Assembly (NCBI GenBank): GCA_963827315.1
Contig: CAWHAL010000004.1
Location: 221,829 to 285,828 of the forward strand
DNA: 64,000 nt
Direction: 5' to 3'
Source: an uncultured Planctomycetota bacterium
Lineage (GTDB): Bacteria; Planctomycetota; Phycisphaerae; Sedimentisphaerales; Anaerobacaceae
Shown: positions 40,041 to 47,811 of the stretch, piece after piece
How the letters are laid out: each line of letters begins with the position of its first letter
Numbering within the stretch: the first letter of the stretch is position 1
Position numbers and translations under genes: made by a program
The notes under the pieces: generated by a model
What the model was told of the DNA's origin: nothing
Database searches by the model: none
Seen by the model: the letters and a program-made list of their open reading frames with translations, nothing else

Positions 40041-40089
40041 GTGTTAATCTGTGTTAATCCGTGTCTAAAAATCTGTGTAATCAGTGATT
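40041..40089. repeat. short GTG-initiated ~10-bp repeats
   Basis: GTGTTAATCT GTGTTAATCC GTGTCTAAAAATCT GTGTAATCA GTGATTAAT. Confidence 0.6.
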
Positions 40090-40127
40090 AATTTTTCTTT
40101 GTGCCTTTTGTGTTTTAAAAAACCCTG

Positions 40128-40328
40128 CTATCTCTTCTCTTGATGGCCGAGTATTCTGGCCGGTAGAAACAGAATAGATTTAATCAGGGCCAAAAACGCA
40201 TCGGCGGCAATACCCACAATACGAAATGGAATCGACAAAAGCCATATAACCGGCCATAATACCAATGCCAACAATGCTATCGGCCAGCACAACGCCAGCA
40301 AAATCGCCCACAACAGTAAGACAAGCAA
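40128..40328 (-). CDS. possible small hydrophobic membrane protein
   Basis: 66-aa ORF with two strongly hydrophobic helices. The only start is a TTG, and the AGGAGA is 16 nt away, so the call is weak. Confidence 0.35.
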   Translation of the reverse strand: MLVLLLWAILLALCWPIALLALVLWPVIWLLSIPFRIVGIAADAFLALIKSILFLPARILGHQEKR

Positions 40329-40628
40329 TACCTTAATTGTATGTCTCCTAATAAATAAGCTGCGTCCATATTATAACGTGCCCCAACATTAAAAACCAGT
40401 AGATTTGATTCGATATCCTTAAAAAAACTTGTATTTTCAGTTAAATTGCGCAGCCATCGGCCAAACTATGCAGCGGAATCCACGTCTTAAAAATCCCCGC
40501 CAAAATCGCCATTCGTAGCGCAGCGCAAGCCTCAGGATGATTTTGCAAAAGTCGCCGTTCGTCTTCTGACTTGTGCTCTTATGCACTTACGACTTTTGCT
40601 CTTGCACACCTACGCTGTTGCTGCCGGC

Positions 40629-40663
40629 GAGATACGAGATACAAGCGACGAGCCACGATTCAC
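40629..40663. repeat. heptad tract, GAGATAC family
   Basis: GAGATAC GAGATAC AAGCGAC GAGCCAC GATTCAC. Confidence 0.8.
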
Positions 40664-40721
40664 AAATCCCCCATTCTCAAAACCTTCACTTAAAAATCCT
40701 TGCTTATTAAGTCACGACATT

Positions 40722-40756
40722 AGTATATATGCATATACTAATATACTTTCTGACGC
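40722..40756. repeat. 35-bp perfect direct repeat, copy 1
   Basis: AGTATATATGCATATACTAATATACTTTCTGACGC. Contains the 12-bp palindrome TATATGCATATA. Confidence 0.9.
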
Positions 40757-40894
40757 TAGGTGGTATTGACACCTACTGAAAAAACATCTAAAAAATTCCC
40801 ACCTCAAATCCCTCTTTCAAAAAAACCATGTTTCTTAAACTCCTCATTCCCAAAACCCTCGTTCTCAAAACTCTGATTCTTAAAGCAGTCCGTA

Positions 40895-40929
40895 AGTATA
40901 TATGCATATACTAATATACTTTCTGACGC
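40895..40929. repeat. 35-bp perfect direct repeat, copy 2
   Basis: Identical to 40722-40756 and 173 bp downstream of it. Confidence 0.9.
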
Positions 40930-40965
40930 CACCCCGGCAAAACCCGCACTTAAAATTTCTTCGGC

Positions 40966-40993
40966 GACATACGATATACGCACGACGCAACAC
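40966..40993. repeat. heptad tract, GAnAnAC family
   Basis: GACATAC GATATAC GCACGAC GCAACAC. Confidence 0.7.
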
Positions 40994-41007
40994 GAAGTTA
41001 TAGTTTA

Positions 41008-41042
41008 CCCCGTGAGATGTGTCGTTTACTATCTAACTGGGG
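41008..41042. repeat. dispersed copy of the CCCCGTGAGAY hairpin family
   Basis: CCCCGTGAGAT-GTGTCGTTTACT-ATCTAACTGGGG. Same architecture as 37077-37111, 37491-37525 and 37535-37569. Confidence 0.75.
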
Positions 41043-41085
41043 CTGCATCCAAAAAACATCGTAAAATCTCGTGCTTTGGTAATTC

Positions 41086-41168
41086 GAACTTGTCCGCCGC
41101 AGGCGGATTTGTTTAGGACTTGTCCGCCGTCCGTCTGGCGGATTTAGAATTTAGAGATTCGGATTTAG
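41086..41168. repeat. two ACTTGTCCGCC...GGCGGA hairpins followed by GATTTAG heptads
   Basis: TCCGCC-GCA-GGCGGA at 41093-41107 and TCCGCC-GTCCGTCT-GGCGGA at 41123-41142, then GATTTAG AATTTAG AGATTCG GATTTAG at 41141-41168. Confidence 0.8.
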
Positions 41169-41179
41169 AGAAAAGAATA

Positions 41180-41198
41180 CCTAAGTATCTTAGGTATC
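41180..41198. repeat. palindrome CCTAAG-TAT-CTTAGG + TATC, copy 1
   Basis: Seen directly. Candidate operator. Confidence 0.8.
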
Positions 41199-41265
41199 AC
41201 TCCTAACAGTTCAGCGACAAGGTGTATGAAAAAGTTAAGATGTATAAACAAGTTGGCTATCAATG

Positions 41266-41284
41266 CCTAAGTATCTTAGGTATC
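41266..41284. repeat. palindrome CCTAAG-TAT-CTTAGG + TATC, copy 2
   Basis: Identical 19-mer, 86 bp downstream of copy 1. Confidence 0.8.
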
Positions 41285-41362
41285 GCTCTCGGCTAATCAA
41301 TGCTTATGAACTGCGAACTACCAACCACAAACTTGCTCGTCGCGGCCCCCGCCAGCAACAAA

Positions 41363-41397
41363 GTCTGGCGTCTGTGGTCTGGTGTCTGGAGTCTTTT
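41363..41397. repeat. heptad tract GTCTGNN x5
   Basis: GTCTGGC GTCTGTG GTCTGGT GTCTGGA GTCTTTT. Confidence 0.8.
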
Positions 41398-41460
41398 GGC
41401 CGCGCATGTCGCTGCGCGACCAAATGCGCAAGGGGGTACTTCAATCACTGTCCAAAACGC

Positions 41461-41541
41461 ACCAATTTCTTGCAATTTTTGCTAATTTTTTGAAATTTTT
41501 ACGAATTTTTGCAAATTTCTTACAATTTTTTGCATTTTTTT
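41461..41541. repeat. eight helically phased T-tracts (9-11 bp period)
   Basis: ACCAATTTCT TGCAATTTTT GCTAATTTTTT GAAATTTTT ACGAATTTTT GCAAATTTCT TACAATTTTTT GCATTTTTTT. Confidence 0.85.
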
Positions 41542-41732
41542 CGCTCAACTTGCGCGTTTGATGCGAAATTTTACTTTGCCCCGCTTGCCCAATTGCTACA
41601 TCTTAACGCCCACCCCAATTTTATCCGCCTGTGACGGACCCCCGTTTTTAACCCAAAAACCAGCTTAGGCCCCTAAAAATCAGCCCCAAATTTTCCCAAA
41701 ATTCCGGATTGTCAAGGTTGGATTATGAATGC

Positions 41733-41760
41733 TTGCCTTTTAGTGAAAAATGTTTATAAT
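41733..41760 (+). promoter_or_regulatory. putative sigma70-like promoter of the SPOR-gene operon
   Basis: TTGCCT-N16-TATAAT, about 45 nt upstream of ATG 41804. Confidence 0.35.
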
Positions 41761-41803
41761 TTCCCGTACAGGTGACAACGTAAGTTTTTCGGCAAAAGCA
41801 AAA

Positions 41804-42541
41804 ATGACACGTAAGCGAAAAAAAATGGCCCTTTATGAGGTAATCGGCAAGACGGGCGTTAGGCCTCACTATGACAAGCTCTCGGGGCAATCGCATCCGC
41901 AGGAATCCGGCGACCACAAATCAGATACAACCGGCTTTGCTGCAACGTCACTCGGCAGGGCAGTAGGGTGGCCGAGAAGGCCGAAAATGCTGCTCTTTAA
42001 CGCCGGGCGCGTAGAAATATCTCTGCCGTATCAGCTTGCAGTTGCGATACTGTTAAGTTTCGTTTTGTTGATTTTGGTATCGTTTCGGCTTGGCCAAAAC
42101 TTGAGCAGCAAGGCTGTAAAAAATTCAGCCGCAGTGCCGAAGAGTATACAGAAACTGGCGGAGCTTCCGGTTGTCGAGGTGCCGAAAGAAGCTGAGCCTG
42201 TTAAAAAGGTTTCACCGGTGGTGCAGAAGCCGGTGGTGGCTGATGCAAAAGGGGGCAACAATAGAGTCGTGATACAGACTTGGCGGGTCAAAGAGCAATT
42301 GGAGCCTGTAAAGGAGTATTTCACCAAGTGCGGCATAGAGACAGAGATAATAAATGAAGGCGACTGGTATTATCTGGTCACCAAAGAAAAATATGAGAAT
42401 CCTGATAAATCGGGGACATATGGATACGTTGTGAAGCAGAAGATAATCGAGTTTGGGGCCAAGTACCAACCGCTGGCGGGTTCTCCAAGTTTTGGTCCTC
42501 AACCATTTCACGATGCATACGGCAAAAGGTTTAACGAATAG
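41804..42541 (+). CDS. membrane-anchored SPOR-like domain protein
   Basis: One TM helix (LPYQLAVAILLSFVLLILVSF), a Pro/Val/Lys linker, and a C-terminal NRVVIQTWRVKEQLEPVKEYFTKCGIETEIINEGDWYYLVT resembling a SPOR fold. An alternative start is ATG 41825. The ORF track start is 41750. Confidence 0.55.
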   Translation: MTRKRKKMALYEVIGKTGVRPHYDKLSGQSHPQESGDHKSDTTGFAATSLGRAVGWPRRPKMLLFNAGRVEISLPYQLAVAILLSFVLLILVSFRLGQNLSSKAVKNSAAVPKSIQKLAELPVVEVPKEAEPVKKVSPVVQKPVVADAKGGNNRVVIQTWRVKEQLEPVKEYFTKCGIETEIINEGDWYYLVTKEKYENPDKSGTYGYVVKQKIIEFGAKYQPLAGSPSFGPQPFHDAYGKRFNE

Positions 42542-42560
42542 TTTTTAGGAGAAATGTCGG

Positions 42561-42827
42561 ATGTCTATGGACCGTTCTTTGAAGATTAAAGGGGCCTTGA
42601 GGAGACACCGAAACGTGCTGAATCGCGCGGAGCGGGTCGAACAGCTTAAAGACGAAGAGCGCTGGTCTGAGGGTGATTCAGTATTCGGTCTGCCTAAGGT
42701 TGCTCATCGCAAGAGTCACGCCGGCCGAAAGGCCGCCAAGGAAGAGGTAGCTGTGCAAGCTGCTGCCACCGAGGTACCGGTTGAGACACCTGAACCTTCG
42801 GAGAAAGGAAAAGAAAAGGAAAGCTAA
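42561..42827 (+). CDS. small basic protein (PVC-group family)
   Basis: SLKIKGALRRHRNVLNRAERVEQLKDEERWSEGDSVFGLPKV matches the conserved 'small basic protein' family of Planctomycetes/Verrucomicrobia as I recall it. Confidence 0.6.
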   Translation: MSMDRSLKIKGALRRHRNVLNRAERVEQLKDEERWSEGDSVFGLPKVAHRKSHAGRKAAKEEVAVQAAATEVPVETPEPSEKGKEKES

Positions 42828-42876
42828 GAACCACGTCTAAAGTTCCGGTACGAAATTGCCGACTCGGGAGTTAATT

Positions 42877-43869
42877 ATGAGGTGGTATGCGGTTTCTATT
42901 TTGGTTTTTCTGTGTGCACACGGGTTCTGTCTGGGGGATATGGTCGTTCTAAAGGAAGGCCAAACGTTAACCGGAGATATCCTTGCGGAAAGAAACGATG
43001 AACTGGTAATAGATATCGGCGTAACGGTTCTGACCATTCAGAAGGAAAAGATACTGCAATATGAGTATACAAGAGCTTATGAGGAAGCTACTGCTGATTC
43101 CAACGAGGCGGCTATAGGGATAACTACGGAGGTCAATCAGGTCGGTCATGGGCGGCTGTATACACAGGCTAAGCTGCCAAAGACGACTATCGAAAAATGC
43201 GTAGACCGTGTTTCAGAAGCGGTGGTTAAGGTCTCAAGCCCTGCGGGGATAGGTTCGGGTTTTTTCTTAAACGGGGATGGATACCTGATAACAAATTATC
43301 ATGTAATAGAAAAAGAGACAAAGATAGAAATTACCGTATTCCAAAAAGCCAAGGACGGCTTCGAGAAGAAGCAGTTCAAAAAAGTCAAAATCGAAGCGAT
43401 TAATCCTTTCGTTGATTTGGCGTTGTTGAAAGTCGAGGACCTCGGCGACGTGAAGGTGAAATATGTGCCCCTTGGTGATATGGGCAGCGTCAAAGTCGGC
43501 GAGAAGGTTTTTGCAATCGGCAACCCCCTCGGGCTGGAGCGGACCGTAACCGACGGTGTCATCAGCATGATGGACAGGGCCTTCCAGGGGCTTGTTTATA
43601 TCCAGACCAATGCCGCTATCAATCCGGGTAACTCGGGCGGGCCGCTGTTTAATCTCGCCGGAGAAGTTATCGGCGTTACGAACATGGGCTATATATTCTT
43701 CGGCGGACTTGGTTTTGCCATACCGATCGATTACGTAAAGCATTTCATAGATAACCGTGACGCCTTTGCGTATGACAAGGATAATCCGAATACGGGTTAC
43801 AGATATATTCAGCCAGACCAAAGACGTAATAAGGCTGAGCCTGAATTTCTCAAAGAAAAAGGCCAGTAA
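42877..43869 (+). CDS. trypsin-like serine protease (S1C/DegP-like, no PDZ)
   Basis: Signal peptide. Catalytic triad context GYLITNYHVI, DLALLKV, GNSGGPLFN. ATG 42877 follows GGGAG. Confidence 0.8.
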   Translation: MRWYAVSILVFLCAHGFCLGDMVVLKEGQTLTGDILAERNDELVIDIGVTVLTIQKEKILQYEYTRAYEEATADSNEAAIGITTEVNQVGHGRLYTQAKLPKTTIEKCVDRVSEAVVKVSSPAGIGSGFFLNGDGYLITNYHVIEKETKIEITVFQKAKDGFEKKQFKKVKIEAINPFVDLALLKVEDLGDVKVKYVPLGDMGSVKVGEKVFAIGNPLGLERTVTDGVISMMDRAFQGLVYIQTNAAINPGNSGGPLFNLAGEVIGVTNMGYIFFGGLGFAIPIDYVKHFIDNRDAFAYDKDNPNTGYRYIQPDQRRNKAEPEFLKEKGQ

Positions 43870-43911
43870 CGGCGGCGGTCAACGGGGACGGGAGCATTAA
43901 AGGGTGAAAAA

Positions 43912-45747
43912 ATGAAACGTTCTGCAGGGGCAGTTTTGACTGTAGTTGGTGTTTTAATTGTGTCGATGTTATCTGGTATTGCTGCGGCGGATACATTGCC
44001 GGCGACGGCGAAACTTCTTCCTGCGGAAACCATTTTACTCGTTAACGTTGAAGATTTCAACCAGACCCAGCAGCAGTTTGAGAAGACCAGCTTTTACAAA
44101 CTCTATAAAGACCCCGCAATGGCTGATTTTCTGGCTGATGCCAAAGCGAAGTGGCGTGAAAAGCTCCCGCAGCAGGGCAACAAAATCGTTCAGGCAATTC
44201 TTGACGCAGGGGTATTGCCCGAAGGCAGGGCGGCTGTCGCGTTGGTGACCGATGAGCAAAACAAAGAAGCGAACGAGCCGGCTGTCTTGTTCATAACTCA
44301 GTGGGGTAAACAACTGCCCAAAATTACCGAAGCGGTAGAGAAGGAAGTCAAGAAACTCATCGAAGACGGTGCGCATCAAAAAAGTGAAAATTACCGCGAT
44401 GTCAATATAGAAACGGTTACCAAGGGAAGTTCCACGACGGTCAGTTACTGCTTCTTTAAGGATTGTCTTATAGGCTCTACGAATGTGGATGTCCTCAAGT
44501 TTGTAATCGCCCATATCAGGGGCGCCAGCAGCGCGACGTTAGCCGACGACAGTGATTATGCCGCCACCTTAAAGACCACGGGCCCGTATCACGATATCGA
44601 TTTCTACGTCAATATAAAGCAAATCATTAAGACCACCATTGCCAGTGATACCAGCGGCGAGGCCCGGGAAACGGTTGGCGACCTCGGACTTGACAATATC
44701 GCGGCCTTGGGGTGCTCGGCGGGCTTTGGCAGGCAGGCCGGCAGCAGTTGTTCCGGCAAGGCGTTGCTGAGAATCAACGGTGCTAAAAAAGGCATCTGCA
44801 GGATACTCGAAGTCGAATCAGCTACCTTTAAGGCCCCGCGGTTTCTTCCTGCTTCGACATATTCAGTAACGTTCATAAACCTGAATATCAAGAAGGCGTA
44901 TGACGAGCTTTATAGAGTTCTTTACAGCTCTGACCCCGCCCTTGCGGCGGTACTGCTGACGCCGCTTTTGCCGCCCAGTCCCGATGGCGAGCCGGGCGTG
45001 GAGCTAAAAAGGGACATCATAGAGCACTTAGGCTCTCAGATTGTGTTGGCTCAGAGCATCAACAAACCGTTCTCCACCGGTTCGGCACCGACGACGTCGC
45101 TTATCGCTCTTGGTGTAAGCAACCGCAGCGCCCTGGAAAAGTCTCTTTCGACTTTGCACAGCAAGCTGATAGCACCGAATAAACCTGATTCCAAACGCGA
45201 ACTGCTTGGCTATACGATATATCTGTTTGATTTTTTTTCTCTGCTGCCGAATTTTTCACCGGGTGGTGCGACACCCATGCAGCAGCCGGTGCCGGAGGCT
45301 GTTCCGAAAGTGCTTCCGCAAAAGCCTGTGATGGCGTTCACGGTCACCGACACTCATCTGATTTGGGGGTCAGAGTCGGCTGTTGAAAAGGCCATTCGAA
45401 CATTGAGTAGTTCGGGGAGCGCATGGGTGGGTTCATCCAAGTGGTTCACGTCGGCCAGGAGCAATATTCCATCGGTTGTTGGCCTTGCGGGCTTGGAAGA
45501 CAGTGCGGCCTCGAACGAATCGTTCTGGTGGATGCTCAAGCAGGGCTACAATGTCAGTGCCGCCGGCACATCGTTTGGTACGCTGTTGTTTGGCCTGCCG
45601 GGAGTAAGTGCATCTATTAACCCAGCTCTTTTGCCTGAATTCGATGCTGTGCGCAAGTATTTCGGCTCGTCCACATTCTACGGCATCAGCAGACCGGATG
45701 GTTTCTTCTTTGAATTCAATTATCTCAAGCCACCCAAAACTGAATGA
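43912..45747 (+). CDS. hypothetical secreted protein
   Basis: 611-aa ORF with a signal peptide (VVGVLIVSMLSGIAAADT). No motif recognised. Confidence 0.5.
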   Translation: MKRSAGAVLTVVGVLIVSMLSGIAAADTLPATAKLLPAETILLVNVEDFNQTQQQFEKTSFYKLYKDPAMADFLADAKAKWREKLPQQGNKIVQAILDAGVLPEGRAAVALVTDEQNKEANEPAVLFITQWGKQLPKITEAVEKEVKKLIEDGAHQKSENYRDVNIETVTKGSSTTVSYCFFKDCLIGSTNVDVLKFVIAHIRGASSATLADDSDYAATLKTTGPYHDIDFYVNIKQIIKTTIASDTSGEARETVGDLGLDNIAALGCSAGFGRQAGSSCSGKALLRINGAKKGICRILEVESATFKAPRFLPASTYSVTFINLNIKKAYDELYRVLYSSDPALAAVLLTPLLPPSPDGEPGVELKRDIIEHLGSQIVLAQSINKPFSTGSAPTTSLIALGVSNRSALEKSLSTLHSKLIAPNKPDSKRELLGYTIYLFDFFSLLPNFSPGGATPMQQPVPEAVPKVLPQKPVMAFTVTDTHLIWGSESAVEKAIRTLSSSGSAWVGSSKWFTSARSNIPSVVGLAGLEDSAASNESFWWMLKQGYNVSAAGTSFGTLLFGLPGVSASINPALLPEFDAVRKYFGSSTFYGISRPDGFFFEFNYLKPPKTE

Positions 45748-45771
45748 CGGCCTGCAGTTGGTCTGGCCTGG

Positions 45772-46647
45772 TCAGTGAATGACTTTGTTCAGGGGGTAGG
45801 TGATGATTCCCGATGCCCCGGCCCGCTTTAAAGCTGGAACAAGAGAGCGTTCCACTTTATCTTCGATAACCACTTCTATCGCCACGTAATCGGAATCAGC
45901 GAGGCTCGAAATCGTCGGACTCTTTTCAGCAGGCAGCAGTTTCAAAACCTTCTCGAGGTCATTTTTTCTTACGTTCATCTTCAAACCAACCCTGCTTGTA
46001 GCGTTAATCGCTGCGCTAAGCAGTATGGAGATGTTTTCTATTTTTTCTCGTTTGAAGTTATCCTGCCAGGCTTTTTTATTTGCGATGAGTCGAGGTGTTG
46101 AGGTCAGCACAGTATCAATTATCCTCAGGTTATTTTCCTTGAGCGATGAGCCGGTCTCGGTCAGTTCGACTATCGCGTCAAGCAACTGGGCTTTTACTTC
46201 GGTAGCACCCCAGCTAAATTCCACCTTTACATTGATGTTTTTGTCTGCGAAGAATTTCTTCGTGACATTAACAAGCTCAGTCGCAATCAGTGCGTTCCGC
46301 AGGTCCTGTGGCTTTTTAACTTTCGATTCGCCGGAGACGGCCAGGACCCATCTGGTTGGTTTGTTTGAAGTTTTGCTGTACATTAGTTCGCAAACTTCCA
46401 CGACGTCTGAGCCGTTTTCGATTATCCAGTCGTAGCCGGTAATGCCGGCGTCGAGGATGCCATCTTCGACGTATCTGCTTATCTCCTGTGCGCGCAGGTA
46501 AATCGGCTGAATTTGCTCATCGTCGATACGCGGTGCATAACCCCTTTCAGTTTCGGTGATATGGAAGCCGGCTTTATTGAAAAGCTCAATAGTTGCCTTT
46601 TGCAGACTGCCTTTGGGAATACCTAATTTTAGTATTTTGTCTGGCAT
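45772..46647 (-). CDS. hisG: ATP phosphoribosyltransferase, long form
   Basis: LKLGIPKGSLQKATIELFNKAGF, ELTETGSSLKEN, and a C-terminal regulatory domain. Confidence 0.85.
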   Translation of the reverse strand: MPDKILKLGIPKGSLQKATIELFNKAGFHITETERGYAPRIDDEQIQPIYLRAQEISRYVEDGILDAGITGYDWIIENGSDVVEVCELMYSKTSNKPTRWVLAVSGESKVKKPQDLRNALIATELVNVTKKFFADKNINVKVEFSWGATEVKAQLLDAIVELTETGSSLKENNLRIIDTVLTSTPRLIANKKAWQDNFKREKIENISILLSAAINATSRVGLKMNVRKNDLEKVLKLLPAEKSPTISSLADSDYVAIEVVIEDKVERSLVPALKRAGASGIITYPLNKVIH

Positions 46648-46670
46648 TTTAGACCCTTATAAGAATCTTT

Positions 46671-47339
46671 TTATTTACTCTTTTTTGCTTTTTTTGTTTT
46701 AATTTTCTTTTTACGAGCGGCTTCTCCGCGGCCTTTGTACGACTCACTTTGAACTCGCAAAAGCTGGTAAAACTCACAGCCGTTGTGAGCGGGAATCTGC
46801 CTTGTCAAGAACCCTTCAATCTCCTGTTCATCGGCATTGGGATGTACGAGTTCGTTATCTCTTAGATATTCGAGCATCTTTTTGGTCAGGGGTATAGCAT
46901 GACCGTGCAGGGCTGTGAGCACACAATAATTTACAACGAACCTGCTGGTACCGTCCATTTGTTCGAGGGTCTGTTTTGCCGGGCGTTTGCCGAGCTTTTT
47001 TAAGGCTTCAAGGCTGAGGGTATTGTATCGGTTAAATACCGCTGCCAGGGCTTTGGTCAGCGACGAGGCAATCTGTTTTGTCTCTGGCGTATTCTCACCC
47101 AGCGCCTCAATGATTTCTTCGCTTCGTGAAACACGCAAATCGTTGAAATCAACGAAATTCTCAACCAACCTTTTCATCGCGGTCTGTGCGGCTCGCGTAG
47201 TGAGATTCTCACTGACGATGGAGTAGACCAGTGCTTCGACCGGGTCGTCATGAGTAACCGGCTGGACCCTGGGGTATTTATGTTTTAGTGAGTCGTACAG
47301 CCGGTGTAATTTTTTGGAATACTTGCTGCTGTTTTTCAT
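46671..47339 (-). CDS. HhH-GPD-like (endonuclease III-related) protein with basic tail
   Basis: DPVEALVYSIVSENLTTRAAQTAMKRL resembles the Nth-like N-terminal helices. Lys-rich C-terminus. The assignment is tentative. Confidence 0.4.
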   Translation of the reverse strand: MKNSSKYSKKLHRLYDSLKHKYPRVQPVTHDDPVEALVYSIVSENLTTRAAQTAMKRLVENFVDFNDLRVSRSEEIIEALGENTPETKQIASSLTKALAAVFNRYNTLSLEALKKLGKRPAKQTLEQMDGTSRFVVNYCVLTALHGHAIPLTKKMLEYLRDNELVHPNADEQEIEGFLTRQIPAHNGCEFYQLLRVQSESYKGRGEAARKKKIKTKKAKKSK

Positions 47340-47362
47340 AAAGGCTTTTGCCGGGTAAGAGT

Positions 47363-47749
47363 TTAGTGTTTTTCATGTTCAGATGAGTCGTTGTTTTTCA
47401 GTTCGCTGACAGCCTTGTCTATGAGGTTCATGGTTTCCAGAGCTTTTTTGAATTTTTCATCTTTGTGGAGGCGCAAAACGGGGCAGAATTTGCTCCGCAC
47501 CGCGCTGGCCAGCACCGACTGTATTCGACTTCTGGCGTGCATAATCGCTGCAAAGGTTTTTTCATTGGCAGCGGGATTTCTGCTAAAGACACTAAGATAT
47601 ACGTCAGCGGTGCGCAAATCAGCGGCCACATCCACTCTCGTGACGCTCACTAATCCCTCAATGCGAGGGTCGTTGAGATGGTTGGCAATCGCATCGCTTA
47701 CAGCCTCTTTTACGACCCGAGCAACCTTTTCCTGTCTTCTGGTCGGCAT
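47363..47749 (-). CDS. rbfA: ribosome-binding factor A
   Basis: RRQEKVARVVKEAVSDAI...DPRI...VSVTRVDVAADLRTADVYLSV. Confidence 0.85.
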   Translation of the reverse strand: MPTRRQEKVARVVKEAVSDAIANHLNDPRIEGLVSVTRVDVAADLRTADVYLSVFSRNPAANEKTFAAIMHARSRIQSVLASAVRSKFCPVLRLHKDEKFKKALETMNLIDKAVSELKNNDSSEHEKH

Positions 47750-47755
47750 CTCGAT

Positions 47756-47811
47756 ATTGATTATTTACTATTTGCTATTGACTATTGTTTCGGTTGTCAA
47801 TATTCAATTCA
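47756..47811. repeat. heptad tract (8 units), AAT family on the minus strand
   Basis: Plus strand reads ATTGATT ATTTACT ATTTGCT ATTGACT ATTGTTT CGGTTGT CAATATT CAATTCA. Minus strand reads AATAGTC AATAGCA AATAGTA AATAATC AAT. Confidence 0.8.

Noticed and set aside
41619-41630. DnaA-box-like TTATCCGCC near the curved DNA, suggesting an origin
   Set aside because: It is a single imperfect box (7/9). There is no cluster of boxes, no dnaA or dnaN nearby and no AT-rich unwinding 13-mers.
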